This document shows, piece after piece, positions 23,823-38,657 of a DNA stretch of 64,000 nucleotides (position 1 is the first letter of the stretch; the number at the start of each line of letters is the position of its first letter). Source of the stretch: Yuukianura sp. NJ FZ-2021 (taxonomy: Eukaryota); NCBI GenBank assembly GCA_046563655.1, contig CM102286.1, forward strand, positions 3,348,001 to 3,412,000, given 5' to 3'. The notes under the pieces were generated by a model. That model saw only the letters and a list, made by a program, of their open reading frames with translations, was not told where the DNA came from and did not search any database. The translations under genes and the position numbers were made by a program.

Positions 23823-24657
23823 TTTTAACGTCTTGGAATTTGGAATTATGTTACTTAAAAAGAGTAATTTTCCTACTAAATTTTTAACGTTTTGGAATTT
23901 GGAATTATGTTATTTAAAAAGAGTGATTTTCCTACTAAATTTTTAACGTTTTGGAATTTGGAATTATGTTATTTAAAAAAAGTGATTTTCCTACTAATTT
24001 TTTAACTTTTTGAAATTTGGAATTATGTTATTTAAAAAGAGTGATTTTCCCACTAAATTTTTAACTTTTTGGAATTTGGAATTATGTTATTTAAAAAGAG
24101 TGATTTTCCTACTAAACTTTTAACGTTTCGGAATTTGGAATTATGTTATTTAAAAAGAGTGATTTTCTTACTAAACTTTTAACGTTTTGGAATTTGGAAT
24201 TATGTTATTTAAAAAGAGTGATATTCCTACTAAACTTTTAACTTTTTCGAATTTGGAATTATGTTATTTAAAAAGAGTAATTTTTCTACTAAATTTTTAA
24301 CTTTTTGGAATTTGGAATTATGTTATTTAAAAAGAGTGATTTTCCTACTAAATTTTTAACTTTTTGGAATTTGGAATTATGTTATTTAAAAAGAGTGATT
24401 TTCCTACTAAATTTTTAACGTTTTGAAATTTGGAATTATAGAGTGATTTTCCTACTAAATTTTTAACGTTTTGGAATTTGGAATTATGTTATTTAAAAAG
24501 AGTGATTTTCCCACTAAATTTTTAACTTTTTGGAATTTGGAATTATGTTATTTAAAAAGAGTGATTTTCCTACTAAATTTTTAACGTTTTGGAATTTGGA
24601 ATTATGTTATTTAAAAAGAGTGATTTTCCTACTAAATTTTTAACGTTTTAAAATTTG
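23823..24657. repeat. Minisatellite, 59-bp unit, about 14 copies
   Basis: Unit TTTTAACGTTTTGGAATTTGGAATTATGTTATTTAAAAAGAGTGATTTTCCTACTAAAT repeated head-to-tail with few substitutions; one unit near 24430 lacks about 12 nt. Confidence 0.97.
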
Positions 24658-25982
24658 GGGGCCGATCCTGGGATCGGAGTTCGGGGAGACTAGGATCGCT
24701 GGGTTGGGATCGCAAAAGTGCCGAACATTGCGATAATTGGAATTTCTTGTAAAATAAAGTCTATCACTCATTGCATTGGTACATTTATTTAAGTTTAGTA
24801 TAAGCTGTGGTTACAGTTAAATTTCAAAATGTATAATTCATCGAAACATATGATAAATTAAGCATTACTATAACACTCTTGGCCAACAGACTGAAGCATT
24901 ATACTAATAAGTTTGACGACCTAACGACTTGAGTGCCTAAGAGAAATAATTAGTTACGTCAAATTAATTCGCAATGTTTTGCAAATATTTTCAGGTTTTG
25001 ATGGGTGAGTACGTGTCTTAACAATTTCTGGTTCGCTTTTTCATTTGTACGCTTGCGTGGAGCATAGCTTCGCTTCCTCCCTCTTCCTGTTCTTTATAAT
25101 AAAACTGTTATTTCCCCTCTTTCCTATAGAAAAATCAATACAAATCATCCACCCCGTGATATAATTTCAACCCCGATGCTTTAACTTTCAACAACATTCA
25201 AGAAAAGCATTAACGCGACTTAGCACTTCCTTTTCCTTCAACTTCTTGCAGTGATTTCTTGTCCATGTTAATTCATAATCAAAAGCAGCAGAGCCTGTAA
25301 TTCTTTCGTTACTCCATTCCGTGAGAGCTTCAGTATTCCTTCCGCTGCTGGTCGTTGTGTCAAGGTCAAAAGGGTAAGGCGAAGTTCAAATTTACTGTTT
25401 ACCCACATTGACATTGTCTGTCACATTTCGATCTATTGCAAGGGGAAGGAAAAATAAAAATGTCAAGGTTTTGAAATCCTGTTGCATGTTGGTTAGCGCT
25501 GCTAACTTAGCAGTAGCACATGACGTGCATCTTTTGAACGTAAACTTATTTGTTCAGGACGAAGAGACTATAAAGGAAAAGTGAGTCATCCTCAATCGAC
25601 TGTCGACTCACTCATTGTCCATTTCTTTCTGAGAAAACACGAACACCACCATATCAATAGCGTATTGTCTACTCAGTTTATTCTAGAAATCGCTTTAGAG
25701 CAATTATTTACATTTTCAGTCCACAACAACAGGATAACGAGACAAAGCGATTTCTTCCTCCTTTCTTCCCTCTCACCCCCACCCGCCCGTCGTCATTAGA
25801 GGATTCGATTCAGCGTCGCGTCAATTACCATTATCGTTCAATTGGCATCCAAAAGAGGTTCCGTCATAGAGCTTGGCTAAGATTCGTCGTGTTAGTATTT
25901 TCTACTATACTTCTCTTGAAGTTAAACCCTTGTATTTTTGTTGCTTTCCAGTGAGCCAAGTCATCCCAGCGGAACTACAAAA

Positions 25983-26586
25983 ATGGCGAAGTTTTCTTTC
26001 TTGCTGTTCGGGTTCCTCGCATTGTCGTCGTTTGTTCTGGCAGATGGGCGGAATTTATTCGAAGATGTCGGCAATGCTGCAAAAGGCTTTGTAGACAGCG
26101 TCTGTGCTACACTTTACGGAACCATCAGCGGAATCGGTACTTGTCAAGCTGACTTCGTCTCGACCCTTTCAACTCCACAAACGCAAATCTTCGACTCGGA
26201 TGATCAAGTGAACAAGGATTTCGAACAAATTCGTGGCAACATAAAGTCCTGCTGCGCTATCGCCGCCTTCCAGTCATGTGTGTACGATTACATCAAGGAG
26301 AAATGTGGGGATCAGGCCGAATCTCAAAGCCGAGCACTGGTTCACAGCGTTGTCGGAAAAGGTGACGATTATTGCACCGGTACGGAGTGGTACTACCAAA
26401 AGGAATCACCCCTGTGTTGGCCAGAACCTGGTAAGCTTAATTTTTGACTTTGAAGGAAGTTATTTCGATTATTTCGGTAACAACTTGTGTTGTTTTGTTA
26501 CAGTTCAATACATTGCCGTCATCGTTCTGGCTCTCATATTCATTCTGAGCTGCTGCTGTTGCTTCTGCCGGATCTGCCGCAAATAG
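25983..26586 (+). CDS. Small type I membrane protein: signal peptide, Cys-containing helical ectodomain, TM helix, poly-Cys tail
   Basis: Exon 1 25983-26430 (g|gtaag) and exon 2 26504-26586 join in phase; ends VQYIAVIVLALIFILSCCCCFCRICRK*. Confidence 0.8.
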
Positions 26587-27128
26587 GTTGGTGATTCCAC
26601 TTCCGATGAATCTGAAGTACCAATGGACTGCCAAACCAAATGACAATAGTTTATTGAGGTTATCTCTTGAGCTTCCTTTTCAATTAATTTTTCATTTTTG
26701 CCATTTCTTCTCTTTTTTAAATCATAATTGACACTCATTTAACGTTGATGTTACGGTTAGGGCAAATAGAAAGGCAACCATTTATGGATTTTTCATTCTT
26801 CCTATTTATGAGTTGATTTACATGTTTAAGGTTTCTACAACTTGAAATTAATTTTCTTATAGCACATTCTATAGAACTAATTGTTGGCAATAAATTAGGT
26901 AATTTATATTGTTCTATTTATCCAGAAGTTGGACGCAACATGTAGGTTTATTCGAAGCGTAAAAAAAGTCGTGGGACCACAGGATTTTTATTCCTAGAAC
27001 TTAACCTAAGAAAATCCACTTTATTACATTATAATTCAGTTTCGATAATTCCAAATGTTTGAGCACAGTTTTCGATCCACTGCTAATATGTAGTGAAAGA
27101 TACTTGTCGATTGGAGCTAATCTTCAAA

Positions 27129-27903
27129 ATGATGAAATAATTGCTTTCATTTCTTTGCTTGTACTATGTACTCGAAATTGCACTGTATTTGAAATTCGGA
27201 AAGCAATCCTAAATAGTAAGAGATGGAAAAATTGTTCAACTAAAACTGGATTAACTAAAATCTGGATCAATACAAGGAAGTATTGTAGAATCGAGGGATG
27301 GACGACACCGACTACTACAAATGGCACAGAATTCCATTTGCAATTTGCAAAACCACCAATTTGAAAGCTCAGGTTTTTGTAAGTTTCATTCAATAAAATC
27401 CTTGAATGCATTTCGATATTTCTTCTTGGTAACATGGTAAGAAAGAAAAAATAAGTTGCACGTTTACTGTAAGTAAGTTTAAAAAAATTTTTTTTAATGG
27501 ATGAGAAGGCGTTCCTCACGCCGCGGACTTTATGTATGTACTACATTGGGATTGAAGCGTTTGGAGGTGTCATTGCAAAAGACGACGACAACTATCAATA
27601 TTCCAAAGACCTACTAAAGGTCTTTAATTGATCCAATTCGCTGCAGACGGGTATGTTTCGACAAAGGAAGAGCACTTTTACAATAATTCATAGTTTATAA
27701 TAAATAATTCATTGTTTCATAAGTTTTCATTTGTTTCAAAAGGTCTCAAATGGAATTCCGTGGTACGATACTGCAGCCAGCTCCAGCAAATGGACCAATC
27801 ACAGCAACAGAACTTAGGGATGAGGAGGTCATTTTAATTCAGCAACCATTTGAACATAGAATCAAGTTTTTACGTTCTCTCATTCATTCGTCAATTTAGT
27901 TAG
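27129..27903 (+). pseudogene. Decayed, internally deleted duplicate of the adjacent carboxylesterase
   Basis: 27129-27385 aligns by eye with exon 1 of the gene at 28468 (shared atagtaagagatggaaaaatt, gaatcgag.gatggacg, attccatttgca, aaaccaccaat). 27505-27900 aligns with its last two exons and intron (tattccaaagac, gctgcagacgggtatg, atggaattccgtgg, agaatcaagtttt). Frameshifts and stops are present. Confidence 0.88.
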
Positions 27904-28467
27904 TCAGGATAATAGTTTTTAATTTTAAATGATTTTCTACAATACAAAACTCTCATTAGAGTTGAAAAAATAAAGTTAGGTAAATGTAATAAATATCTGA
28001 TTCTTGGAAAAAAAAACATTGTTTGGTCAATGTCAAACCACTTGAAAGTAACAATGAACATTACATGTCTGATGTACAATATGTCTGTATAATATAGTAT
28101 AACCAAAGTCAAATAAACTTTTTCCTAAAAATCATCGGCAATTAAGGTAATTATAATATCAGGCAGGTTATAGTTTTGCAACAGAAGCAAGGTTCTCAGG
28201 GCAAAAGTTACATTTTCGCCTCCATAATTTTAGTTGTTGCCAGGGAAACAAATTTGGGGTGAGCGGGTTTTCGTGGCACTCACTATAATTACTATAGTCA
28301 ACCACAATACAAAAAGAAAAAGAAAACAAAAAATAGGAATCAAAAGACCCACTTCATCATAATATCATTCCAGTTTCAATTCAAAAGTTTGGAAAGCACG
28401 ACGACACAATTCAACATTTTAGATTGCACCAGTGAAACTAATCGTGAATGGAAGCAGATTTTCAAAA

Positions 28468-30810
28468 ATGATCAAAAGTGTTGCTGTCATTTCCTTGATT
28501 GTGCTTGGAATTGGATTGTACTTGCAATTTGGAAATCAAACAGCTATAGTAAGAGATGGAAAAATTATTCAACTTAAATCTGGATCAGTCAAAGGAACAA
28601 TTTCAGAATCGAGAGATGGACGGGACTACTACGCATGGTACAAAATTCCATTTGCAAAACCACCAATCGGAAAGCTTCGATTTGCTGTAAGTTTGACAGA
28701 AATTGTTTGTAAATTTTGAGCAATTGTATTTTGCAAAAGGATACATTTTTTTTCATAGGATCCAGAACCAGCAGAACCGTGGAATGACATAATCGACGGC
28801 AGAACAATTGGACCTGAATGCTCCCAAGTTTCTTTGTTTGAATTCTCACTTTTCCCTAAAGCAGTTACAGGAAGCGAAGTAAACTTAAAGCAATTTCCAA
28901 CATTCATTTACAGTTCCATTGAAATTATACTATTTTTAATTATATGTTTGTTTTAGGATTGTCTTCATGTGAATGTCTTCGCTCCCGCTAAATTACACGA
29001 CGATATAGTCAGCGGAAAGAAACCGAAGGTTCCTGTCATCGTTTGCATTCATGGCGGTGGTTATATGTCTGGCAGCGCAAGGTTTTTTGGTTCGAGTGCG
29101 CATTTCATGGACGAGGATGTTGTTACTGTTTCAGTTCAATACAGGGTAGATGTCTTAGGTAAATTTTTCAGTACAGGTAATAAATTCATCATCATAAGTT
29201 ATGTTAATAATTGATTTTAAGGATTTCTGACAACTGGAGATAAAGTTGCCAGAGGAAACCAAGGACTGAAAGATGTGAGTTTAGCATTGAAGTGGGTCAG
29301 AGACAACATCGATTCTTTTGGAGGCGACAAAAATCAAGTACTGATCTACGGCACTTCAGCAGGAGCTGCTGCTGTTCACCAGCAAATGCTGTCGCCAATG
29401 AGCAAGGATTTGTTTCACAAGGCATTTGCTCAAAGTGGAGCAGCTTCTAATCCTTGGGGATTTATACCAATGGAAACTGCTTTAAATATGACCAAAGAAG
29501 TTGCGGAACAGTTTAAATGTCCGACATCCGACAATCAATTGTTAATTGATTGCCTCAGAAACGTTCCAGTTGAGGATCTGGTGCAAACGAGAGTCGGAGT
29601 TATAAAGGTTACCAACTTTGCCATAACGCGTTGCCGTAAAACAAAAATTTCCGATTGCATGTTTCTTAAATTTTTAGAATTGGCTGCTGATTGTGCCTAA
29701 AACTTACCATCTTGCTTTTGCGCCAGTAATTGAAACTGTTAAGGACGACAAAGCATTTCTTACGGAGCATCCACTGAAAGTTGTTTCTGAAGGAAGAGCT
29801 CACCGTGTCCCAATGTTTATTGGAATGACAGCAGATGAAGGATTTTTCGTGGCATATGGTTAGAAGTTTCCTAGAAATTTTAGAACTTTTATTGAACTTA
29901 ACTTTTAATTAAATAAACTAAATTTAAATTTGATTTGGAATAGCCTTTGTTAGGAATCCTGGCGACATGGACAAATTTGAAGACTCCTGGACAGCCGCAA
30001 TCAAAGTCTTCTTCGGCATAGAAAACCAAAATTTGGAAGAAATTGCCACAAAAATTCGAACCTTTTATTTTCCAAAAGACCAAAAACTTTCATATGAAGA
30101 AAAGTTGGCAGCATACATGGACATGTTTGGTGACGCCTCGTTTACTTTTGACATTGCCGAAACTGTTGAACACCAACGAAAATATTCCCCGGTTTACTAC
30201 TATGTTCACAACAGAACAACATCATCTACAATGGGACGACTAATGTTTAGCATTGGTCACGAGTATCCAGTTATCATAGAAGTAGCACGACTTCTCTTCA
30301 ATTGGCTTGTAAAAGAAACAATTCTTGGAATTAAACCACCACTTACAGGTAAAAATGGCAAACAAATCTTACAAAATTAGTTTTAAATGGAATACCGTTT
30401 TGGAATACCGTTTTGGAATGGAATACCGAATCCTCTAGGTGTGCCGCACGCTATGGATTTCGTGTATTACATTGGATTGTTTGGAAGTGTAATTGGCAAA
30501 GATGACCTCCGCGACTACCAGTATTCCAAAGACTTAGTTAAAATGTTGGTCCAGTTTGCTGCAGACGGGTATGATTTTAGCGACGAAGAGCATTACGACT
30601 GACGATTTAAAGTTTGTTTCATAAATTTTCTAAATTTTTGTGAAATTTAGCTCTCAGATGGAATTCCGTGGCACTAAACTACAGCCGACGGCACCAAACG
30701 GACCAATCACATTGACAGAATTTAGAGGTGAAGGGGTCATTTCAACGCCCCAACCATTTGAACAAAGAATCAAGTTTTTGCGTTCTCTTAACATACGTCA
30801 ATTTATTTGA
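28468..30810 (+). CDS. Secreted type-B carboxylesterase (alpha/beta hydrolase)
   Basis: IPFAKPPIGKLRF; EDCLHVNVFAP; IHGGGY oxyanion hole; GNQGLKD..LALKWVRDNIDSFGGD; nucleophile motif GTSAG; acid GMTADEG; His in GVPHAMD. Confidence 0.93.
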
Positions 30811-31362
30811 TTTCAAACAGCTACGAGTTTAGAAAATAGTTGTAAGCATTTTTCGAAAAGAAAAACTTTTTTTTTTTTTGTTTTATTCATTTTTCTAAAG
30901 ACGCTTTTTTCTTTTCCGCTTTAAGAAGTTAGCTGCTAAGAAGCATTTGACATCAATCAGCAATTCGTGTAATACTTCCGGTTTGCTCAGAAGTTGCGCG
31001 TTGCAGATGCACAATAACATTTCTGTCAAATTGGGATCTCATCTGTGTGTTCTCAAAACGAATTAAGGATGCGAGACCTATTAGCAGAGATGCTGTTGTA
31101 AACCTGTTTGCAAACCAAAAATGGAAAGTGCTTACAAGTAGGGTTAGCAGTGGAAAGTTTACGGATTTGCCAATTTGATCCTAAAGTGCACCAACCAAGA
31201 ATCCTTTAACATTTAGTTCAAGTGCCACCAACGCCTTCCTTTTCATTTGCCGAAACAAAACTCTCAGTCAGTACTTCTGAGCCTTTAACTTTGACACCTA
31301 CTAAATAGTTGCTATATTAAACAAATCCAACATTAAAAATTTGAAAACATAATAATATCAAA

Positions 31363-32794
31363 ATGCCAGAACGCGATAGTGAGAATCAACTGGTTCTTAT
31401 TCAAAAGGTAAGCTTAGTTTTGAATTGCTTTTTTAAAACATGATTTGTTCAACATACTTTTTAATTGTTTGCATTTCAGTTACAAGAAGCGATTTCAGAT
31501 TTTGCACACGAGCTACATGACTTCAGACAGAGTCATTGGTATTTGTGGACCTTTCTCAAAGGTAAGAGTTTTTATGTCAACAAATGTAGCATCAATTTTT
31601 AATAAGATTTTCTGAAATTTGTTTAGAACACCACTGACATAGTGAAATGCCGTATCAAACTGGTTAATTGACACTGAAGAAGGACACTTGAAGTAGCATA
31701 GCCTTTTAATAATTATATGTTATCCCAATACAGATTCAAAAGATAGAGGATGTAAGAAGAGTAATCTGTTAGAATTTCAACGTGTAATGTAAAAGCTGCT
31801 GCAGATGCTCTACGAAGTGTAAGATTTAGCAACAGCACAACCAAACCAAAATTTCCTCGAATTACTGTGAAATCTTTTTTACCGAATTTTTCTAGGCAAC
31901 TCGTTGGAAAGCTCAACTGAACCTTCACTTATTACAAAATGTTGAACAATCTGAAATGAAAAACAGATTTCCGTATGCTAACAATGGATTTGACAAGAAC
32001 GGACATCCAAGTACAAAACAAATTTCTTAAGTATTTTGTAAAGCTAAATATCTAACTTTCTCTATTTTTTTCAAAAGTTTTATTAGTACCGTTTGGCCGC
32101 TGGCGCTTACGTGATGCCATTGAAAGTGGCAAGAAAGACAGCTTTCTGCGTCATGCAATTCAAATGACTGAAATCAATCAGGACAGGTTGAAGGATGCAC
32201 TGGAATCGTCGCAAGGCGCAATCAACGGTGTTATAATTATTTTTGATTTGAAGGGCTACACAATCAGGGAACTCATGCATCGACAGAGTAAGATATAAAA
32301 TGAAGCATAATTTCAAAAAACATGAACAATTTTTTGCAAAGAATTAATGCTTTTTTAAACAATCTTTTTTTCTTAGCAATTTCAACTCTGTCTGAATGGA
32401 CAAAGCGAAGTGAGCAATTGTACCCTCAGCAGCTAAAATCATTCTATGTCATCAACGGTACGACGCTCAATCTGATTTCGATAAAATCATTTTTCAAAAA
32501 TATTTTGAATTTTTTGTTTCATTTAACTTGTTTGTAAATTTTAATTTAGCAAATTGGATGTTACCGATCTTGTATAGCCTGCTCAAGCCCTTTATGAGTC
32601 GAAATACTGTAGAACGCGTTAAGATTTTCAACTCGGATGAAAAAGAATGGCAGCGCGTGATATTCCAGGAAATAGCAGAGGATCAACTTACTAAGGAATA
32701 TGGCGGCACTCAAGAAATAGATCGTAGTGCATCTTGTAATAAGATGTATGGAAGTTACTGCAACATGGATAATGATAATGAAAATGTGGTATAA
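31363..32794 (+). CDS. SEC14-like / CRAL-TRIO lipid-binding protein
   Basis: GFDKNGHP; IIFDLKG; LYPQQLKSFYVIN; LLKPFMSRNTVERVKIF; DQLTKEYGGT. The exon 2/3 junction does not phase cleanly by eye. Confidence 0.8.
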
Positions 32795-33859
32795 TGCTTT
32801 GTTAGTTAGGAATAGGAATTAAACGTATGTTTTAGCGGAATTCTACCACCGGAAGTAAATCATAAGCTAATGTAGTATTTTAGGTGGTATGTTACAACCA
32901 AAGATTTTTAAACAAACAACTCTCTGGTTACAACTAAATACACGCGGGTTGAAGTTCGCATGAGTCATTGTATTTAGTACTCGTGTTTCTCCATACTCGT
33001 GATGAGCCTTTTTATCACTAAATCTTACCAGAATGACATTAAAATTTTCAGTGATTTTTGAAAAAAAACACCAAACACAGTAAATCAACCATCCTCTTTT
33101 TTATCCAAAAGTACTGACGCCCACCGCCAGCGATTGTTTTGAAAGGTTGAAGAATTCAAAAGGCAAAGTTCATAAATAGTATTTCTTATACTCTACCTTC
33201 GAAAACAAAAGCAACCTAATAATTTTGAACGACTTTTGGGTGAGAGGTTTGCTTTGGGTTTAAAAATTCTAAAAATATATCAGCGTTTTCGATTTATAGT
33301 TGGCGCCACAAAGTTACAGTCGTAGACTACAACTCGTAGTGTGAACTAGCATTTGGTGAATTAAGGCGGACAAACACAATTGTGCTGCGAACTCATTCCA
33401 GGCTTTACAAGTACAACAAATTGTCGGCAGATCATTGTTTTAAACATCGTTACCCATAATATCAGACGGTGACAAAAATGGCGGTCCAATACAACAAACT
33501 TTGAATTCGGCAGTATTTTAGAGCACCCCAAGTGATTCTATGATAAAACGAAAAGCTGAATACAGATCATTAGGAGACTTACATTGTAGCACGGTCTGCC
33601 TTGCTTCATCAAAGAGGTTGAAGTTTTTCTTTGACAGTGAGGCTGCAAAACGAAAACACATGATGAGGTAATTTTTCGAAATTTCGTTTTCTTATTCTTC
33701 AGCTCTCAAAGTTTTATGTCAAACAGCATTACATTCACAGCGATATTAGGTGAAGGACGGTAACAAGTAACAACGGATGAAACAGGTGAGATTGAATGGC
33801 CAAATTATCCGGCAAAAGGTACCGGTAACGGAAATTAAACGATTCACTTTTTTTATAGA

Positions 33860-36091
33860 ATGGCTGAGGCGGGTCCTTCTTCATCGAAGTCTTCGCGATC
33901 ACGAAGGGTAGGCGTTGATGTTGATGTCGTCGATCTGGAAAATACTGGTATTGTTGAACCAGTAGTACTTGACGTTGATGACGAAGCGGAAGCGGATGCA
34001 GACCTTGCGATTGTGTACGAGAGTATCACCCCACAACAACATCCATTCAGTAAGTGCTGATTTGCTTAAGTTCAGTGTTGACCTTTTTACTAAGCAAACA
34101 GTGGATATATTTCTCAATATCGATTGATACTGTTTAAAACTAAACTATAAATATCTTTTTAGGACTTATCCCACGTCCGTTTTTCCTTTCAAGAACTGAA
34201 GGTAGTAGTTTGAATAACGTACGACTGTTGAAGCCTAAGGAGTACAAGAGGATTAAAATGGTAAACGATCAATTAACCTTTATGCATCGCTTAGGATATT
34301 GGGTTTTATTATCTTAGTTGTTACTATTTTCTATAGAATACAGAGGATGTCCAAGTAGTTGAATATAAAGCAGGATTTGCGGACTTCAAGTTTCTTCCGA
34401 ACGAGGTTAGTACAAAATACAACGTCTTTTAAATGGTATTAGTAACTTACTATCTCCGCCTAATTTTGGAATTCATTCATACTATTTCGGGCTTCATGCA
34501 GATTATATTCGAAATTATCGGCCGTGTATCGAATCAGAACGACTTGTTGCACTGCCGTTTAGTTTCAAAAGCATGGAACGAATACTCCTGTACACATCTC
34601 AAGAACGCTCATCGACCGATTGAGTTCGAGCGAGGGAGCCAATTACATTCGTTCCTCAATCTGCTACGCCGCCGAATTGGTGATAGTCGTCCCACTTTCT
34701 CTAGATTTATTCTAAATCTGGTCACTCTTCCTTGGAGATCCGTCGAACTTTTCCTATCGCGCCCCGAGATTAACATCAGTCGTCTAACTATTACAACAGA
34801 TGGACCAAACGCTATGCGTAAGAAATCGAAACCGAAGTTTGAAAATGAAAATCACGACACAGTCCTGTACATTATTGAAAAGCTACCACGACTGAGTCAT
34901 ATCACAATCGACTTCCATCATTACATTTCTGATGAAATTGGTCTCGTCACGACTTATGCCAAGGCTATTCAACATATACCTTCCGTCGGTTTAACTAACA
35001 TCTCCTTTGATCCCACTCCAGAAAGCATGACAGCATTCCGACTCCTCACTCAAGTAAATCCACTGTGTCTTACTACATTGAAAGTTGAATTTCGAAAGGC
35101 TCTCAATACCACCGTTGACGACCAAAGGACAATGCTGGATATTTTTTACAAATGGCTTGAAGATCACTCTTCAACACTTTTGAATCTCAGCATCAATACA
35201 TGTGTCGACAATGTTCGAATGCCAGTATTGCCACAACTACTAACTTTATCCGTCGGAGTACATGCAATTGAGCCACATGGATTAGAAACATTTGGAGTTC
35301 TACTTCCAACCCAGTTTCCAGTACTCAAAGAAGTACAAGCTGGTTCGTTCCTCCTAAGAAAAACGAATATGAAGTATGACTGTGGAATTCAAGCATTTGC
35401 TGCAGAGATTTTCCCGACAGTTGAGACTCTACGTCTTGTTCACATTCCAGCTGAAAGTCACTACGACACGTCTTTCCCAAATGTCAAGAATCTCGAGGTT
35501 GGACCGAGCGTTACTTTATTGAATCTCCGCAATATACTATCTTATTTCATGGACATCCAACGCCTGTCAGTTAGATTCAGCCCTGTTGCTAGAGATTGGT
35601 GGGGAGCTTTGACTGGTGGAGCAAGACGACCACTCAGGCAACTATTGGCACACGATAGAGTCGTAGTTGATGTAGAGAAGGAAAAAATTCTCGGAGGTCC
35701 TCGGCGCGGGTCGTGCAGTTTGGCTTATTTGTCGGGTAAGCTGTAACGTCGAATCCTTGTTGAAACGAAAACTTAAAACTTGGAAATGCTAATTGTGACG
35801 TTTACAATCTTTTCAGAACTGAAGTCACTGAAGTTTGAAAATAGTCATGAAGATGTCTTGGATGCTCTTGTCTACCTGACCATAAACAAGTTCATTCCGT
35901 CTCTCGACAAACTCTACATTGGTACAATGGAACCATTAGTAAGTTAGATTCTGATTCATCGTTATGATAAAACGTTGAAAATTATCTTAACATACCGTTT
36001 TTTTATTTGCGTTTTTTTTCAGGACTATCCGGAAGAGTTACTACGAATCTTGCGCCGTTATCATAAAAGTGTTAAGGTAGAGTACAATTGA
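33860..36091 (+). CDS. F-box protein with degenerate LRR-like C-terminus
   Basis: Spliced F-box FLPNE|IIFEIIGRVSNQNDLLHCRLVSKAWNEY; long exon about 34502-35736 with LxxLxL repeats (LPQLLTLSV, FPVLKEVQ, FPNVKNLEV); last exon ends at TGA 36089-36091. Confidence 0.8.
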
Positions 36092-36820
36092 AGTTTTTAG
36101 TTCGAAACTCTGCCGTTTCGTCTCAATGTAAATAGTTACATGTAGCACTTGTCACAAAAAACCTAAAAACTTAATTCTTAGTTAATATGTAATTATCAGC
36201 GATAGAGCGATAAATAGGTTTGGTTGTTATAATAATGTTATAGGCTGTTAGTTTTTGTTTTAAATCGTGCAGTATCGACAAGGGTGCAAAGTCTACTCGA
36301 AGGTTAGTGATATTTTGCAAAATTGTGTTACGGTTACTTCGGTACTCCAATGTAGTTTTACAGTAACTATTTCGATTTGTATATTATGTTATGTATTTTA
36401 GTCGTAATACATTGCCTTTCAATTTTCCGTTGTAAATTACTAACCTATTTGACTGTAGTTCAAGCGTTCATCACAATTTGATGTTAGTATATAAACGAAG
36501 AGATAAATTTTCTTAAAAAACGTCTAATAATGCGCAACGCGATCGCGATGTCACGCCTCATTTGTAATTAAACATTAATTACAGCTAAGTCATTCATTCA
36601 ACAGAAAATGTATTATAACAATTACTACAACTATTACATTACATACAACCCTGTTTTTGTGCAACGCGATTCCAGACTGGCATGGGGGAGCACAACTCCA
36701 CTAAACTTAACCTTATTGCTAAGAATTCGAATCACAAAATGGACCCTACACTAATCGCAAGCGCAACAGAATCTGAGAAATATTTTCAATTAACTGTTTA
36801 ACTCTTGTCAGTTTTCATAC

Positions 36821-38657
<1,837 letters not shown>

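Noticed and set aside
23823..24657. Regular array resembling a CRISPR locus
   Set aside because: Units are contiguous near-identical 59-mers without unique spacers, no cas genes are present, and the context is eukaryotic.
27059..27519. ORFs 27059-27364 (+) and 27124-27519 (-) as independent genes
   Set aside because: Explained by the frameshifted carboxylesterase pseudogene.
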